Assembly: GCA_951804945.1 (NCBI GenBank)
Contig: OX638158.1
Span: 20,708,001 to 20,772,000 of the forward strand
Source: Podarcis cretensis
Lineage: Eukaryota
Direction: 5' to 3'
Length of the DNA: 64,000 nt
Positions 39,006 to 51,800 of this stretch are shown here, one piece after another (the first letter of the stretch is position 1; each line of letters begins with the position of its first letter). Both the position numbers and the translations under genes were made by a program. Under the pieces are notes generated by a model that worked only from the letters and a program-made list of their open reading frames with translations, did not search any database and was not told the origin of the DNA.

Positions 39006-42000
39006 GCCTAATCTTCATATGCAACCTAAGAGTCGGGGGGCAGGGAAGCCCCCACAAAGAAACTGAGTCGGGGTTCTCACAGCAAAGGTACAGTTTGCGC
39101 CGAAGGAACCATTAGGCATTGCTGCCTTTTTGCTGCATTGATGAGTCCGGACACATATCTATGGTCTTAAAACAACTGAGGATGTATGGAAGAGCACAAA
39201 GTACAGTGCCCGAACTGTTCAAGAAGATCATTTAAGGTTCCTCTGGTTACATCCAGATAATCATGGCTACAGTTTGGATGTCAAAATATGTTTGTCCCAG
39301 CCATTTGGCTTGTACTGCTAATATGCTGGGAAGTTAAAACTACTGAAACAAAACAAAGAAAATGTGTTACAAAACCTGATTTTGACATTTGAGCCACAGC
39401 CACAACTCTAGTTTTTCTTTATGTGGATTAAAGAGTGTTAAATATCTTTGTTTTCATTTTATCATATTTGCACCATGAGTTTATTAGAAATACAGTCCAT
39501 GCCGAGTGAATGTTTTTCTTCTGGGTTGTTTTTGTTTTTTTTAAGTGACGCAGAAATAGTTTACCTAGGGAATGATTCCCCCCAGTTAGGGTTTTTGTTT
39601 TGTAACTGAGGATTGTTCACTTGGCCAAAGTGTGTGGCCTGGTGTTCTCTTTTTCTTAATTGCACAAAAAATGTTGAAAGTGTGTTGAATTGGAATGTGA
39701 ACTTTGGGGGCATTGCAGAAAAAGCTGGATGTGCCTAAATCCTGTTGAAATAAAAAGGCACACGGTGAAGCACTTGAAACCCACCAACATCAGCAGAATT
39801 CAGGCATGTCTAACTTTTCCTGTATTGTGCCCATTGACTTGTACTTTTCTGCTGCACTGGTATTGTTTACGCACTTATTTTATAACTAATATGATATTAG
39901 CTGCTGGTTGTTGTTTTAATATTTCACTAGGATCTGATTATGCCGAAAATGGGTTTTAGTGAACAGTGCATTTAATAATTGTTTACCTGTGGTTAACTTT
40001 TGTGTTTTGGGGAGGTGCTTGTTTTGTTTTAGGGACTTCCCTCCCTCCTTTTTTGCATTTCAGATAAGCTGATGACTCTTGGTGCTGCTCATTTTTCTGT
40101 TTGGTATCTGGACAAAAAAAAAAAAAAAAAAAAAAAGGAAATGAACTTGAAGTAAACATGCTATGTTATATTATAACTGAAATGTTCAGGATGTTCTTCA
40201 CTTGCTGCTCCCAAGTTCAGTGTTAACCAGGTTAAAGCCTTCCCTTGGCAAAAGAAAGTCAAGGAAAAAAGAAGAGGTAACTAAATGTAACAAAAAATAG
40301 TACATTTCCAGCTGCACTGGATGGTGAATTTAGCTGTGCAGGTGGGATTGATGTCTTGGACTGAAGATAATTGTTTTAAATTATTGCTCTAGTGCATTTT
40401 TTTCTCCTTGCCAAAACCCCCAGCTACTATAAAGATCTATCTCATTGTCAGTTTGATGACAAATTCTCAGGTGACACACAGGAAGCAGATTCTGTTCCTG
40501 CACTGCACAGCGTTCCCACTCTAAGAATGTGTCCTTTAACAAATGTTTTGAGGAGCAGTGAGTATAGAAGAAAACCAAGAATATTCAGATTTATTTTGCA
40601 CATTGCCTGGCAGCGAGTCAGACTGCTGACTAGGCTTAGAGTCATCACTTTTATCCGTCTGTTGCATTCCCCAGATACAATTCTACCCATCCGTGCTAAT
40701 TAGCAGAATTCTTGCTCTCAAACAGGTAGCCTTAATACATTATAAATAAGGCCTGGGCAGATTCACATCTCTTTGTCTTTCCTACTCGTGCAGTGTTCAT
40801 ATGATCCACAAGGCATAAATGTGAAGATGTCCTGAACCATGCGGCAGCCTTGACATAAATCAAAGGCAGCTGGGATAATTTGGCCTAAGCCATCTGAATT
40901 TGAGAGAAAGAAAATGATACATTTATTACCAAAAAATAAAAATAAAGGGAGGACTTTAAGCCAAGGATAGTCTAGATGGCCAATCATTGTGCCTAACAAT
41001 CATTACAAAACCAGTAACCAAGGTGCTAAAAAACAGAATAGTCCTAAACAGCAATTCCTGTAATAGAATCACAACAGAACAGCTGAGCTTTTGTAATGGA
41101 TTAGAGATTCAGAGTCAGAGGTAAAAAGTAAGTTAGCAGTGGAATCCACAAGCCACTTGAAAGCAACATATTTTGATTCTTAAGGGCAAATATTGGCTTT
41201 AAATGGCTTGTGACTGATAGTCAAACTCATATGTAAGTCTGCTGTTAGAAACCTAACAGTGCTTTGTACTCATTTATCCTTTTTGTTTCCATGTTCCTTA
41301 TCTTGTGATATGTTTAACATTTTAATGCTGTATCTTATCCTCATATTCTTATGTAACAAGTGAATGTCTTCAATTCTTTCATGTAAACAGCATCTAGGGC
41401 TGCCACCTCTAGCTTTACATGGGGTTCTTTCATCAAATAAAATTTAAAAACCTAATAAGTGGGGTGAAGGGAAACAAGGAGCCTTGTGACAACTTAAGAG
41501 ACCAACACATTTATTTTGGTGAAAGCTTACACCAAATGTTGCACCACAATGAACGTGCTTGCCTTTAAGGTTCTATGCGACTTTCTGTTGTTTTGCTGCA
41601 ACATGGACTTAACACAGCTAACCTTCTTAAAGCTATTGCACAGGGGTCTGTGATTAAACTAAGTACCTACTAGTCTACTGACATGGGAATCCCGTTGAGG
41701 GGTAGAGGTGGCAACCTTGGCATAATTTTGGCAAACACTGAAATGAGCCCTTACGAGTTTGTTTTGTTTTTAAATTGGGTATGATCTACTCTAAATTATG
41801 CATGATGATTTCAGACAGAAAGAGAGAGCTAAACACATGCTTAAATCTCATTCACTGAAATCGATATGCCTTAAAAATGCTTAAAATTGGTTGGAACATG
41901 CTCTTTATATCTAATTGATTTTATTAAGGATATGTTTCAGCTAGGCCAATGCACCCCTCAGAATACTGGGGCTTGTTCAGATATGAAAACATGAGCGTTG

Positions 42001-42394
42001 CTGCTTAAGCAGCACTACTGCAACTGCCTCTTATTCTTACCAAACATCTTTTAGAACTACAGATATTCTTATTACAATTATTCCAATGAAGTACATTAAT
42101 GGCTGCAATCCTATGCATACTTACCAGGAAATAAACCCTACTGAACAAAGTGGGACTTGAAAGTAAAAAATGCATAGGATTGCACTGTTAAGCTTCTGCC
42201 CTAAGCACATTTGCTCTGACCTAAGTTCCACTGAACTCCAGGGAACATACTTCCAAATAATTGTGTTGAGAATTTCAATTTTTCTTTCTAATATATATTG
42301 CAGTTGGGGGTAGGGAGGTTATTCTTTTGAAATGTTTATCTCCAGAGCATTCAAAGTACTGAAAATTATAATTTTGGGTCGTATCGAATAATTA

Positions 42395-42563
42395 CCGTAT
42401 TTTTTGCACCATAACACTCACTTTTTTCCTCCTAAAAAGTAAGGGGAAATGTCTGTGCGTGTTATGGAGGGAATGCCTACGGGTGGCATGCCTACGGATT
42501 TTCCTCCTCTAAAAACTACGTGCATGTTATGGTCGGGTGCGTGTTATAGAGCGAAAAATACGG
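42395..42563. mobile_element. pogo/Tigger-like MITE within the 3' UTR
   Basis: TA-ccgtattttttgcaccataacac ... gtgttatagagcgaaaaatacgg-TA. Confidence 0.85.
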
Positions 42564-44961
42564 TATATTTGGAGAGTTTTAGGGAAAGAATTAAAAATTG
42601 AATGCAAAGATAATAGAACTCCAGTGCAGAGATGGTCATGAGTACCCCGCAAAGCGATGAAGTTACACATTCCTATCTATATCAGAAGATGAGAGTGCAC
42701 TTGTTCAGCCACACTGTGCAGATGCAAATGAGAGGTGGGGGATTTGCTATGGATTTTCACCCACCTCCATACATGTACCCTGTTTTATCTGGACATGAAA
42801 ATATCCAGTGCTGACCTTCATTCATGGAAGGCAAATATATAGACCTGCGCTTTCTTCCCTGTGTGCAGTGCAGGTTAGTATGCACCACACGTTTCTGGAT
42901 GTAGGAAGGCTGCTGCATTATGCCTGCAGTAATGGCTGGGTCATAATTATGTCAAGATTAATTACTAGAAACTCAAGATCTGAGTGCAAAAATGGTAGAA
43001 TACCTACCAATAGTTCTCAGAAGGCCCCCTCAAAGCTATATATAACCCAAAGGGTAAGGTTTAGTCACGAGAACCTACAAGTCTACGAGTGGAGTGGTTT
43101 CAAAACAAGTCAACACTTTGCTAACAAAACTTGCTTACCTGGATATTACTGGTATTAGTAACATTGGACCTTAAACTTAACTATGGCAGAGGAGTGGGAC
43201 AAAAAATAACAATTGAGTAATCCTGTGCTACTGAAGCCAGAAAGAGTTCAACCTGATGTCTAATTCAACAAGATTACAAATGATCCCTTTCTTGGTTGGT
43301 TCTTTTCATCTGGTGACTGTTTGACTTTAAATTATGTTATTTCCTTTGTTTATAAAGGTGTCCTTTATTTCAAAATTCCAGGTACTGAGGTACATTAGAA
43401 TCCAGGTACATTAGAAGCACAGCCATTTCCTTATTTATTTCTTGCTTTAAAAATAGCCTTTTTTCTTCCTTCAATGTTTCTTTCAGTTGTTCATTTCTAT
43501 ACCTAAAAGGGACATATAGTAATCAGATTTTTTATTCCATATATTTAATTTTTTTGGTTCATATTCTGCGTAAAAGAAAAAAAAGAAAAGCAATTAATTG
43601 CATTCAGCCTTAAGGCAGAAATGCATCTAAATATGCAATATATTTAAAAGCTTGCATGACGTGATTTCATGTACCCTTTCCCATAACCCTGATGATGAAG
43701 CTGAATAATTCTTATTTCATGAGATAGTCTTTCCCGCTTACTGCATATTGGAAATGCACGTCCAATATAACTTTCATCAAGAGACGCACGGCTTAAATCC
43801 TCATTGCATTTTAATCTCTCTCCTGCAGAGCTCTTGATAATCCCCTCTATTAAATCTGAAGGTAACAAAGTGATAAATTGACAAGACACAAAGGAAAAAA
43901 TATGTTGCTGCGAGTGGAGATAATTTGCTGTCAGACTCTGGAGGGATGGGGGCCTTGTGTTTCAATTAGTGTCTTGATATGAAGGTACATGTGCTGCTCC
44001 TTATTATTATTATGCACTGATTGTTTTGATTTTTTGCAGCATAAACAGATTTTGTTTTTATTGCAGCCTTGACTTTATTATTATATCTGTTTTGGAGATT
44101 TGTCAGAAGTGTTTGGTACAAATGTTAGGTGAACAATCTTGCTAACCAGCTCTGGAGGGTGGGGGGTGGGGAGAGAAAGAAGAGTAATCTAGCTTTGAAA
44201 ACTTATTTCTTCAGGGGTATGGCTTTGTGCACCATATCTTTGAATTAGACCTAAGTACACCTCACTAGTTATAGACCTAGTGCTTCAAACCCTGTGGTTT
44301 GACTGTTAAAGGGTTGATTAAATCAATCCTTTATAAGGAAAGAGAGAGAGAACCTTAAAATCCTGATGTTTTGTGATTTTGTAATCTATGAATGTTCCCC
44401 TTTGCATGAATATCCTTATCTAATTAACCACACGAAAGGACATACTGTGTTATACTGTATTCCAAATGGTTTTAAATAATGGTGCAGTTTGCATTAAAAT
44501 ACAATTTGTATACTGCTGTAAAAGTCGGCTGTTCCTAAACTAAATTGAAATTCTGTTGTAAAGCCTTTTTGAGGTTGAATGGAGTATTTCTAGAGGATAC
44601 AGATAGATGTGCTAATTGACTTAAAGGTTGAATGTCAGAAACTTTTATTGTGTTGCAATTCTGATTTTAAGACAAGAATATTGACCAATTCTGGATTCCA
44701 AAACAACTCGTTTTAAAGGCTTTGAATTATTGCCATGTCAAACTCTCTCCCATCCCAGTCTTGATACTGTAGACAATCCTAGATACATTGCTTCGTGAGG
44801 GAATCATGTGCTTGTACATGTGTGGTATTATCATGCGGGTTGAACGGTTGGGAAAATAAGACGCTCCAGAACTGAAGAAACTAAATTAGAAGCTAATATA
44901 CTGATTCTTATATAATTATGTTCCGATTAAAATTATGGTGTAATGCATAACTATCCCAGTA

Positions 44962-44967
44962 AATAAA
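44962..44967 (+). terminator. Polyadenylation signal of BICD1
   Basis: AATAAA followed ~25-90 nt later by GU-rich ttgtgctg...tgtgtgttgctgtggtctgtgtgtg. Confidence 0.65.
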
Positions 44968-45833
44968 CTGGCCATTTTTTGTTCCTTGAACTTTGTGCTG
45001 TATCTGTATTATTTAGTATGTCACTGTGTGTTGCTGTGGTCTGTGTGTGCCCACACCTCCGATTCTCTGAAGAAAGGAAGGAAACAGGACTCTGTCTGCA
45101 AAATCATCAGATGGCAGAATTATCCAGGATATCAAATTTTGCCTCACCCTGGTGAGAGAGCAGCAAACCTTTTTAGATTTCTCTCTTGTGTGACAGTTAT
45201 TAAAGTTTCAGGCAATAAAACCACACAGCACACTGAATTATTGTATGCATCTTAGAATGCCTGTTTTTTTTTTTTTAAAAAGTATTGATTTGGTGCCTGA
45301 AATTTGTAAAGTAGGCAAAAGGCACACCTCTTTATTGGTGGTGCCAGGACACTACCAGTGAAAAAGCACTTGGCTTTTGGAAGAGGACCTTGACGTAAGA
45401 TCTTGACCACAGGGAAGAGGCACTCCTTCTGACATCTGGATCCCAAGCTATTTAGATATTTTAAGGTAAGTACCGCACCTTGAAATCGCTCTGGAAATGA
45501 ATACATACCGATTTTTGTGTGTAATATGAATAAACCTGGCTGTTGTAGTTGAATTGTGGCAGATAAATTCTTCAATAATTGGAGTTTCTAAGTGGTATTC
45601 AAGGGCAGCCTCATGTACAATGCCTGACAGTAATCCAGCTGGGAGGTTACTGGAGCATAGATCCATCCCCTTGAGATAACTTAAGCACCTTAAAGGACAA
45701 TCCCCTGGCCTGAAAATAGGCACTCCTACTCTGTTCCATAGCTGCCTGCACCCATGGACTGGTGATGTGCAGTGGAAGACCTTCAGCTCTTCAGGCTCGG
45801 GAGAAGGTGCCCTGAGGGTTTGGCCCTATAGGC

Positions 45834-46071
45834 CAGGGGTCAGCAAGGTTTATCTTGCCTGAGCCAGACTAGTCCCGTGAAGATCTCTCCATGGGCCGGA
45901 TCGTGTGTGTGCCCCCAATTTTCGGCGTCTGCGCAGTCATGATTTTCGGTGCCGTGGAAGCGAGTCCCTGCACCACGCCAGTTTAGCACCGCATGCAATG
46001 CGGCTTGTGGGCCAGTCAAACGACCTCTGTGGGCCGCTTCTGGCCTATGGGCCTTAGGTTGCTGGCCCCTG
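45834..46071. mobile_element. hAT MITE
   Basis: caggggtcagcaa...ttgctggcccctg TIR; 8-bp TSD ctataggc/ctacaggc. Confidence 0.85.
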
Positions 46072-47046
46072 CTACAGGCCCTGGTGATCTGGGAAGTTCA
46101 TCTGGGGACTTCTGTCTAACAGCCTCAGGTGCAATGGTATCCCTATATTCAGATTCAGGGTATGGAGCTGGCTGCTGAATATAGGGATACCAACAGGTGC
46201 CCCTGCAGCCTCCAACTCAGTGCCCCACTCACTGCTAGATTCAGGGGTCCCAATAATTCCTGTGATGGGGATCAGAGCTATGCATGCCACTGGGCTGTCA
46301 TGCAGTCTCAGGTGCACTGGGAGACACTATCATGCTGCCAGTGTTCAAGTAAAATCCAGTCAGCTTCTGTACTTTATAAATTGAAGATGAGGAGTAAGAT
46401 CTTGTCCTTTGCCTCAGGAAGCAAGTGCTGCCTATTCAAAACATTTTCAAAAAACAAATAATCAAAATTCAGCATCAAGGTAACTAAAATTGTGTATAAT
46501 GCTCCCCCCACGTACAACAATCTGACTTGTGAAATATGTATAAATTATGCATATTAAGCACTTTCCTTAAATTGCAGTCCTGCTCTACTAGGCACAGGAG
46601 ATATAAGCAGCAGCAGAATGCTGAAACATAACCCTCTGGAAATCCTGCTTAGTCACCATTCTGGCTTCTGAAATGTCACCTGTCAGAGTGCAGAGGCTAG
46701 GGCATACTCTCTGAACAGCTACCAACCCTAGGATAGTGAAATCAGTAAGAACGGTTCTCTTCATTGCTTAGATCACCTTGAGGAAGCCTGGTCCAGTCTT
46801 TATAATAGGGGTGAGGGAGTGTCAGCTGACCTACTGTGGTCCTCTGTTGGTTATCTACTGTGCCTGACTTCTTTGTAGCTTCCTCACTTTGGGCAGGGAC
46901 AGGTGGTGTTGCACATACTTATAATCTGTGGTTCATGTCCTGTGACCCTGACACCAGCACTCAAAGTGCTGTCTTCTAGCCAATTTTGCAACAGAGACCT
47001 AGGCAGGATGGTCACAGCTTTGCAAATAGTTTCTGGAATTGTTTTG

Positions 47047-47180
47047 GAGCTATAGCTGTTGGTAGAGCATGAGACTCTTAATCTCAGGGTCTTGGGTTTG
47101 AGCCCCATGTTGGGTGAAAATTTCCTGCATTGCAGGGGCTTGGACTAGATGGCCCTTGTGGTCCCTTCCAACAGTTCTAT
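47047..47180 (+). mobile_element. tRNA-Lys(CTT)-derived SINE with CR1 3' tail
   Basis: tagctgttggtagagcatgagactCTTaatctcagggt head fused to the CR1 end ggactagatggcccttgtggtcccttccaac; minus-strand copies at 53086-53193 and 55832-55972. Confidence 0.8.
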
Positions 47181-47441
47181 AAATCTAAATCTAGATCCCA
47201 GTTGGCCATTGTGAGACCAGAAGGCTGGACTAGAGGGGCCCGAAAAATAGAAACCACCTATTATTTATTTCACATTTCTAACCAGCCCTTCATACCCAAA
47301 GGGGGAGCTAAGGGCAGTCACAAGAATAGAACAAGCAATTAAAAACAGCAGAAGAGACCTTCTGGGTCAGACCAAAGGCCCATCTAGTCCAGCATCTTCT
47401 TCTCACAGTGGCCAAATAGATGCCTGCAGGGAGAACTTGAG

Positions 47442-47593
47442 CATAGCTGTCAACTTTCAGATTTGAAAATAAGGGATCAGCAGCCTCACCTGTCCCGCAG
47501 TCTCCGGGATATCTAACAATCTGGGATAGCAGCGGGAAATGGCGCTGGAATAAGGGAATTTCCCGCCAAAAAAAGGGACGGTTGGCAGCTATG
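47442..47593. mobile_element. hAT MITE inserted in an older repeat
   Basis: catagctgtcaac...gttggcagctatg TIR; perfect 8-bp TSD aacttgag. Confidence 0.85.
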
Positions 47594-48331
47594 AACTTGA
47601 GTGCAACAGCAACTGTCCCCACCTGCAGTTCTCAGTAACTCTTATTCAGAGGCATATTTGCCTAGACAATGGAGGAATTGGTATTGCTGACAGCAGTAAA
47701 AACAGCAGTATAAGGACCAAAAACCTGAAGAAGAATAAACAGAAGATTGGAAACTGTTTCATTATTTCCACCATTGCCTTGGACTAAAAAATGGGCCGAA
47801 ATGGGAACGAAAGGACAGAGAAGCACGGTGCAATGTCTGGCTGTTAATCAGAAGGTAAGGTGGTTAGCTGTGGGCCAGAATCCTGCGCTGCAGTGGGTTG
47901 GACTAGATGCCCCTTAGGCATCTATATTATCAATTCTATAATATCAAGTGGGAAGCATCATATTAAGTAGGCGCCCCCGTCCTAGGCACTCGCGGGAGTC
48001 AACCCAACGGAGCTCAGCCGGGATTTACCGCAGAGTAAACCGAGTCGAGCTGCAACAACCCTGACATAACAGCCCGCTTAAAAAGGCCGACAGGCTCTCC
48101 GGGGCTGCAACTCGAGCAGAACTTTCGTAACAGCAGCGCGCGGCTGCCCCGCCTGAGGAGGAAGGGCGGGCTCCCCTCCCCATGTCTCACCTGGCAGGTG
48201 AAGGAGCTCAGAGCCGAGAGTGCGCGCGCCTGCGGCGGAGGCAAGGCAACGCCGGCCAGGCGCGCGCTTTTGGCGCCCGGCCAGATTTGAGCGGGAATTT
48301 CGAGGCGGCCGCAAATCTGCGCGCCTCTCTT

Positions 48332-48369
48332 TCCTCCTCCTCCTCCTCCTCCTCCTCCTCCTCCTCCTC
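48332..48369. repeat. (TCC)12 microsatellite
   Basis: Perfect trinucleotide run. Confidence 0.95.
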
Positions 48370-48675
48370 GCGGGCGGCGTCTGGCGCCCGGGCAGAGTTG
48401 CGACACCAGGCGGGGCAAAGAGGCAGGCGGTGGTTTTCTCCGCCTCCCTATCTCCCGACGCCCCTTCCCGCTTTGCAAAGCGCCCCACAGAGCAGCCCGA
48501 GGAAGAAGTGGCAGCAGCCGCCGACCTCCCTCAGCCGAACCTGTAGGGGGCGTGGGAAATGGCCGTGGCCATTCCTGTCAGGGGCTGAGGAAGGGCGGCT
48601 TTCTGCCCGCTGCCTGGCGTCTGGTCTCTCTCTGCCGCCTTTCCTCACTTGCGCAGCCGGCGGCGAGAGGGGAAG

Positions 48676-48841
48676 ATGGAGGGGCCCGAGAGCTTGGGCT
48701 TCAGGCGGGTGGCCATCCGGAGGAAATCCAGCCCCAGCCTCAGCAGCAGCGCCTTGGTCTTCTCCCAGGCCGCCGCCGCTTCGCCTCTTTCCCACCCGGA
48801 GAGGAGGAGAGACGTTGCCAGGGAAGCGGCGCCAACAGCAG
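48676..48841 (+). CDS. FGD4: FGD4 (frabin, Cdc42 GEF) first coding exon of the long isoform
   Basis: aagATGg Kozak context; MEGPESLGFRRVAIRRKSSPS, where FRRVAIRRKS matches the recalled FGD4 long-isoform N-terminus; 166 coding nt to cag|gtacaa; BICD1-FGD4 synteny in amniotes. Confidence 0.85.
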
Positions 48842-49973
48842 GTACAACTCCGGCTTCACCTTCGGGCTCTGAGCCGGGACCTCCCTTCCCTTCCCTCTCC
48901 TTTCCTTCCTGCGGTTTGTTGGCTGTCCTGGCGTGGCCCGTTCCGCCCAGCAGCTTCGGGTCTAAGGTCGCGCCGAGGGAAAAGTAAAGTGCAGCAGGAG
49001 TTGGAAAGGCGTACTCTGCAAAACTGCAGCTGGGCTGTCTCCCCCCCCCCCCCACACACACCGGGGGAGACCCTGCGGCCAAACTTGCAGAAGTTGCTGT
49101 GGGGTAGCCCTCTCGCAGCAAAATCGACGATAGCATTGTACTATTGCAAATATACATGCACTCATAGATCAACATAAAGTTTAGACTTCAATATGTTGTA
49201 AGGTGTGGTGTCCCTGGCCAGAGGCAGAAATGCTTCTGAGTAATAGTCGTTGGTAACTGCAGGAGGGAAGAGATCTCTGTTGTAGGTTTCCCACAGGCAT
49301 CTATCTGGTCGGCCACTGTGAGAACAGGATGCTGGAGTAGACAAGACCATTGGCCTGATCCAGCAGGCTCTTGCAATATATATTTTTTTGAAGGACCAGC
49401 TGCATTTTACTGCAGAATCCCTTGCCGATACAGTGTTCCCAAACACACCCTCTCTCTTTGTATAAACTTGGCTGAATTCTTAAGTAAACTTGTTTACGAT
49501 CATGTTCTGTGTCCTCCCCACTTTAGGTATGGAAAAAGAGGAGGGAGCTCCACGTTTTGTTTTTGTCTGATATTGGCGCCATTGCATGTTTGGGATGAAG
49601 TTTTGTGCAAGTATACTTTTAAAATTCTAAAGTGGTTTTAACTCTCGCCCACTGAAAGATGAAAGAATTCTCTTATGCCAATTGCAAGTTTTTAATTTAA
49701 GGTGCCTACTTTTTCTAACTTGTGTGGAACACTTTTTTCTATCAAAATAGTGTGAAAATGTATTATTGTCTATATGATGCTATTTTGCAGTGTTAGTCCT
49801 ATGTATGTAAACTTTAAAGTTCTGCTTTCTTTCCTGGTAAAGAGGACTTCTTTGAAATAGAAATTCCCCATCCCTCTCACACCTGAGCAAACCTGCTTGT
49901 TTTCAGTGAGCAAACCATCTAGAACCAACAAAGATATCAGTGGAAGATACTTTCTGCACTCTAGGTAAATGAA

Positions 49974-50075
49974 CAGGAGTGCTCTGATGGTGTTTCCTGC
50001 TTGGCAGGGGGTTGGACTCGATGGCCCTTGTGGTCTCTTCCAACTCTATGATTCTATGATTCTATGATTCTGTGA
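49974..50075 (+). mobile_element. CR1 3' end
   Basis: gggttggactcgatggcccttgtggtctcttccaactct followed by (ATGATTCT)n tail. Confidence 0.85.
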
Positions 50076-50259
50076 TAATGGATGCATAGATCCTCTGAGC
50101 AATCATAGGTTCCTGTGCCAGGGTAGCCAACATGCTGACCTCCAGACGCTGTGGACTACAACTCCCATCTTCTTCCACCATTGGCCATGCTGGCTGACAC
50201 TGATGGGAGCTAGAATCCAACAATATTTGGAGGGCCACCAGCGAGCCACGTTCACTGTA

Positions 50260-50501
50260 CAGTGGTACCTCGAGTTACATATGCTTCAGGTTACATACGC
50301 TTCAGGTTACAGACTCCGCTAACCCAGAAATAGTACCTCGGGTTAAGAACTTTGCTTCAGGATGAGAACAGAAATCGTGCTCCGGCGGTGCGGCAGCAGC
50401 AGGAGGCCCCATTAGCTAAAGTGGTGCTTCAGGTTAAGAACAGTTTCAGGTTAAGAACAGACCTCCAGAACGAATTAAGTACTTAACCCGAGGTACCACT
50501 T
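50260..50501. mobile_element. Tc1/mariner MITE, family A
   Basis: TA-cagtggtacctcgagttac ... aacccgaggtaccactt-TA. Confidence 0.9.
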
Positions 50502-51094
50502 TACAGTGAAAAGGTATTGCTCTACAGAAAGTTTTCCTTTGGGGAGGTGCTAATCTTGTAGAGTGCTGGCAAAAGCTTTGGTGAACAGCTGCTGGGAGTG
50601 GTTTTTATGTATGCATGTTAAAGGAAGAAGCACTGTGCCCATTAAGGATAAGATACTTGCTGAGTAGACTGTAGGTTCTTTTTCTCTACTTGTGAAAGGT
50701 AAACTAGACTTTTTAAAAAAAATCACTCAATTTAACTGCATGACATCAGTTCCATGTTGGATGAAAATAAACAAAATGGGCATGAGTGCAAATATTTGTC
50801 TCATGTAAGGCGTTTGGAAATATGTCAACTATTTAGGTTATTGCTAGGGGGCAGAGAATTTTCACGAAAGCAGCAGTACTGCATCCAGAGTGCTGGATAG
50901 CTTAGAGCGTGGGGAACTATTCTGTCTGTGTATTTCCTGTTTAAACAGATGGTAATGCTGATTTATAGATTTTTATTTACAGCATCCCCTTTGTGGGTTG
51001 CTGCTTTGTTTTTGCCTAGTAAAGAGCTGTAAAAATGGGAATGGCAAATATTGAGAGAAAGGGAGCGTAATACGTACATCTTTAACACAAAGAA

Positions 51095-51277
51095 TCCCCA
51101 CAATTGGGTGAGCTCCTGTTGCTCTGTCCCAGCTCCTGCCAACCTACCAATTTGAAAGCATACTGGTGCAAATAGATAAATAGGTACTGCTTGGCCTGAA
51201 AAGTGAGATGAGCGCCACACCCCCATAGTCGCCTTTGACTGGACTTAACCATCCAGGGGTCCTTTACCAACTTTACC
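51095..51277 (+). mobile_element. 5'-truncated, internally deleted Sauria SINE
   Basis: Body and tail match the other copies; 11-bp TSD aacacaaagaa. Confidence 0.85.
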
Positions 51278-51547
51278 AACACAAAGAAAGTTGCTCAAGT
51301 TTAAGAGAAACATTAAATTGGGAATTTAACATTAAATTGCCTGCCCACTAGTTGCCTAGTACCAAAGCAAGATACAAGGAGAAGGAAGTTCATTTTGATT
51401 TCTTATGGTAAAAAGGTATTCTCATAAAGAAGAGAGTGCAAATTAGATTAAACGCTCTTTTGTATCATGGGTCGAGGTACATTTGGGATATATGTAGGGG
51501 GATAAGACACTGCATTTCATAGAGTTCAGATTATATAAAACTGCATA

Positions 51548-51800
51548 CAGTGGTGCCCCGCAAGACGAATGCCTCGCAAGACAAAAAACTCGCTAGACGA
51601 AAGGGTTTTCCGTTTTTCGAGGTGCTTTGCAAGACGAATTTCCCTATGGGCTTGCTTCGCAAGACGAAAACGTCTTGCGAGTTTGCTTCCTTTTTCTTAA
51701 AGCCGTTAATACCCGGGGAATCTGCGCGCCGCAAGACGAAAAAATTGCAAGACGAAGCAACTCGCGGAACGAATTAATTTTGTCTTGCGAGGCACCACTG
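51548..51800. mobile_element. Tc1/mariner MITE, family B
   Basis: TA-cagtggtgccccgcaagac...gtcttgcgaggcaccactg-TA. Confidence 0.88.

Larger units (their letters stand above)
39006..44985 (+). other. BICD1: BICD1 long 3' UTR (inferred)
   Basis: U-rich, TE-poor stretch ending at AATAAA with a downstream GU-rich element. Confidence 0.6.
47970..49130 (+). promoter_or_regulatory. FGD4: CpG island / FGD4 promoter and 5' region
   Basis: Sharp GC/CpG enrichment, GC boxes and gcgcgc motifs, surrounding the first coding exon. Confidence 0.9.

Noticed and set aside
40114-40136. Poly-A run as a retrocopy tail or transcript end
   Set aside because: No upstream AATAAA or TSD; a genomic homopolymer in the UTR (internal-priming risk)
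47047-47120. tRNA-Lys(CTT) gene
   Set aside because: Degenerate stems and B box and direct fusion to a CR1 tail; it is a SINE head
48182-49177. 331-aa ORF and several overlapping ORFs
   Set aside because: Artefacts of stop-poor CpG-island sequence and the TCC repeat; only the 48676-48841 frame matches a recognisable protein
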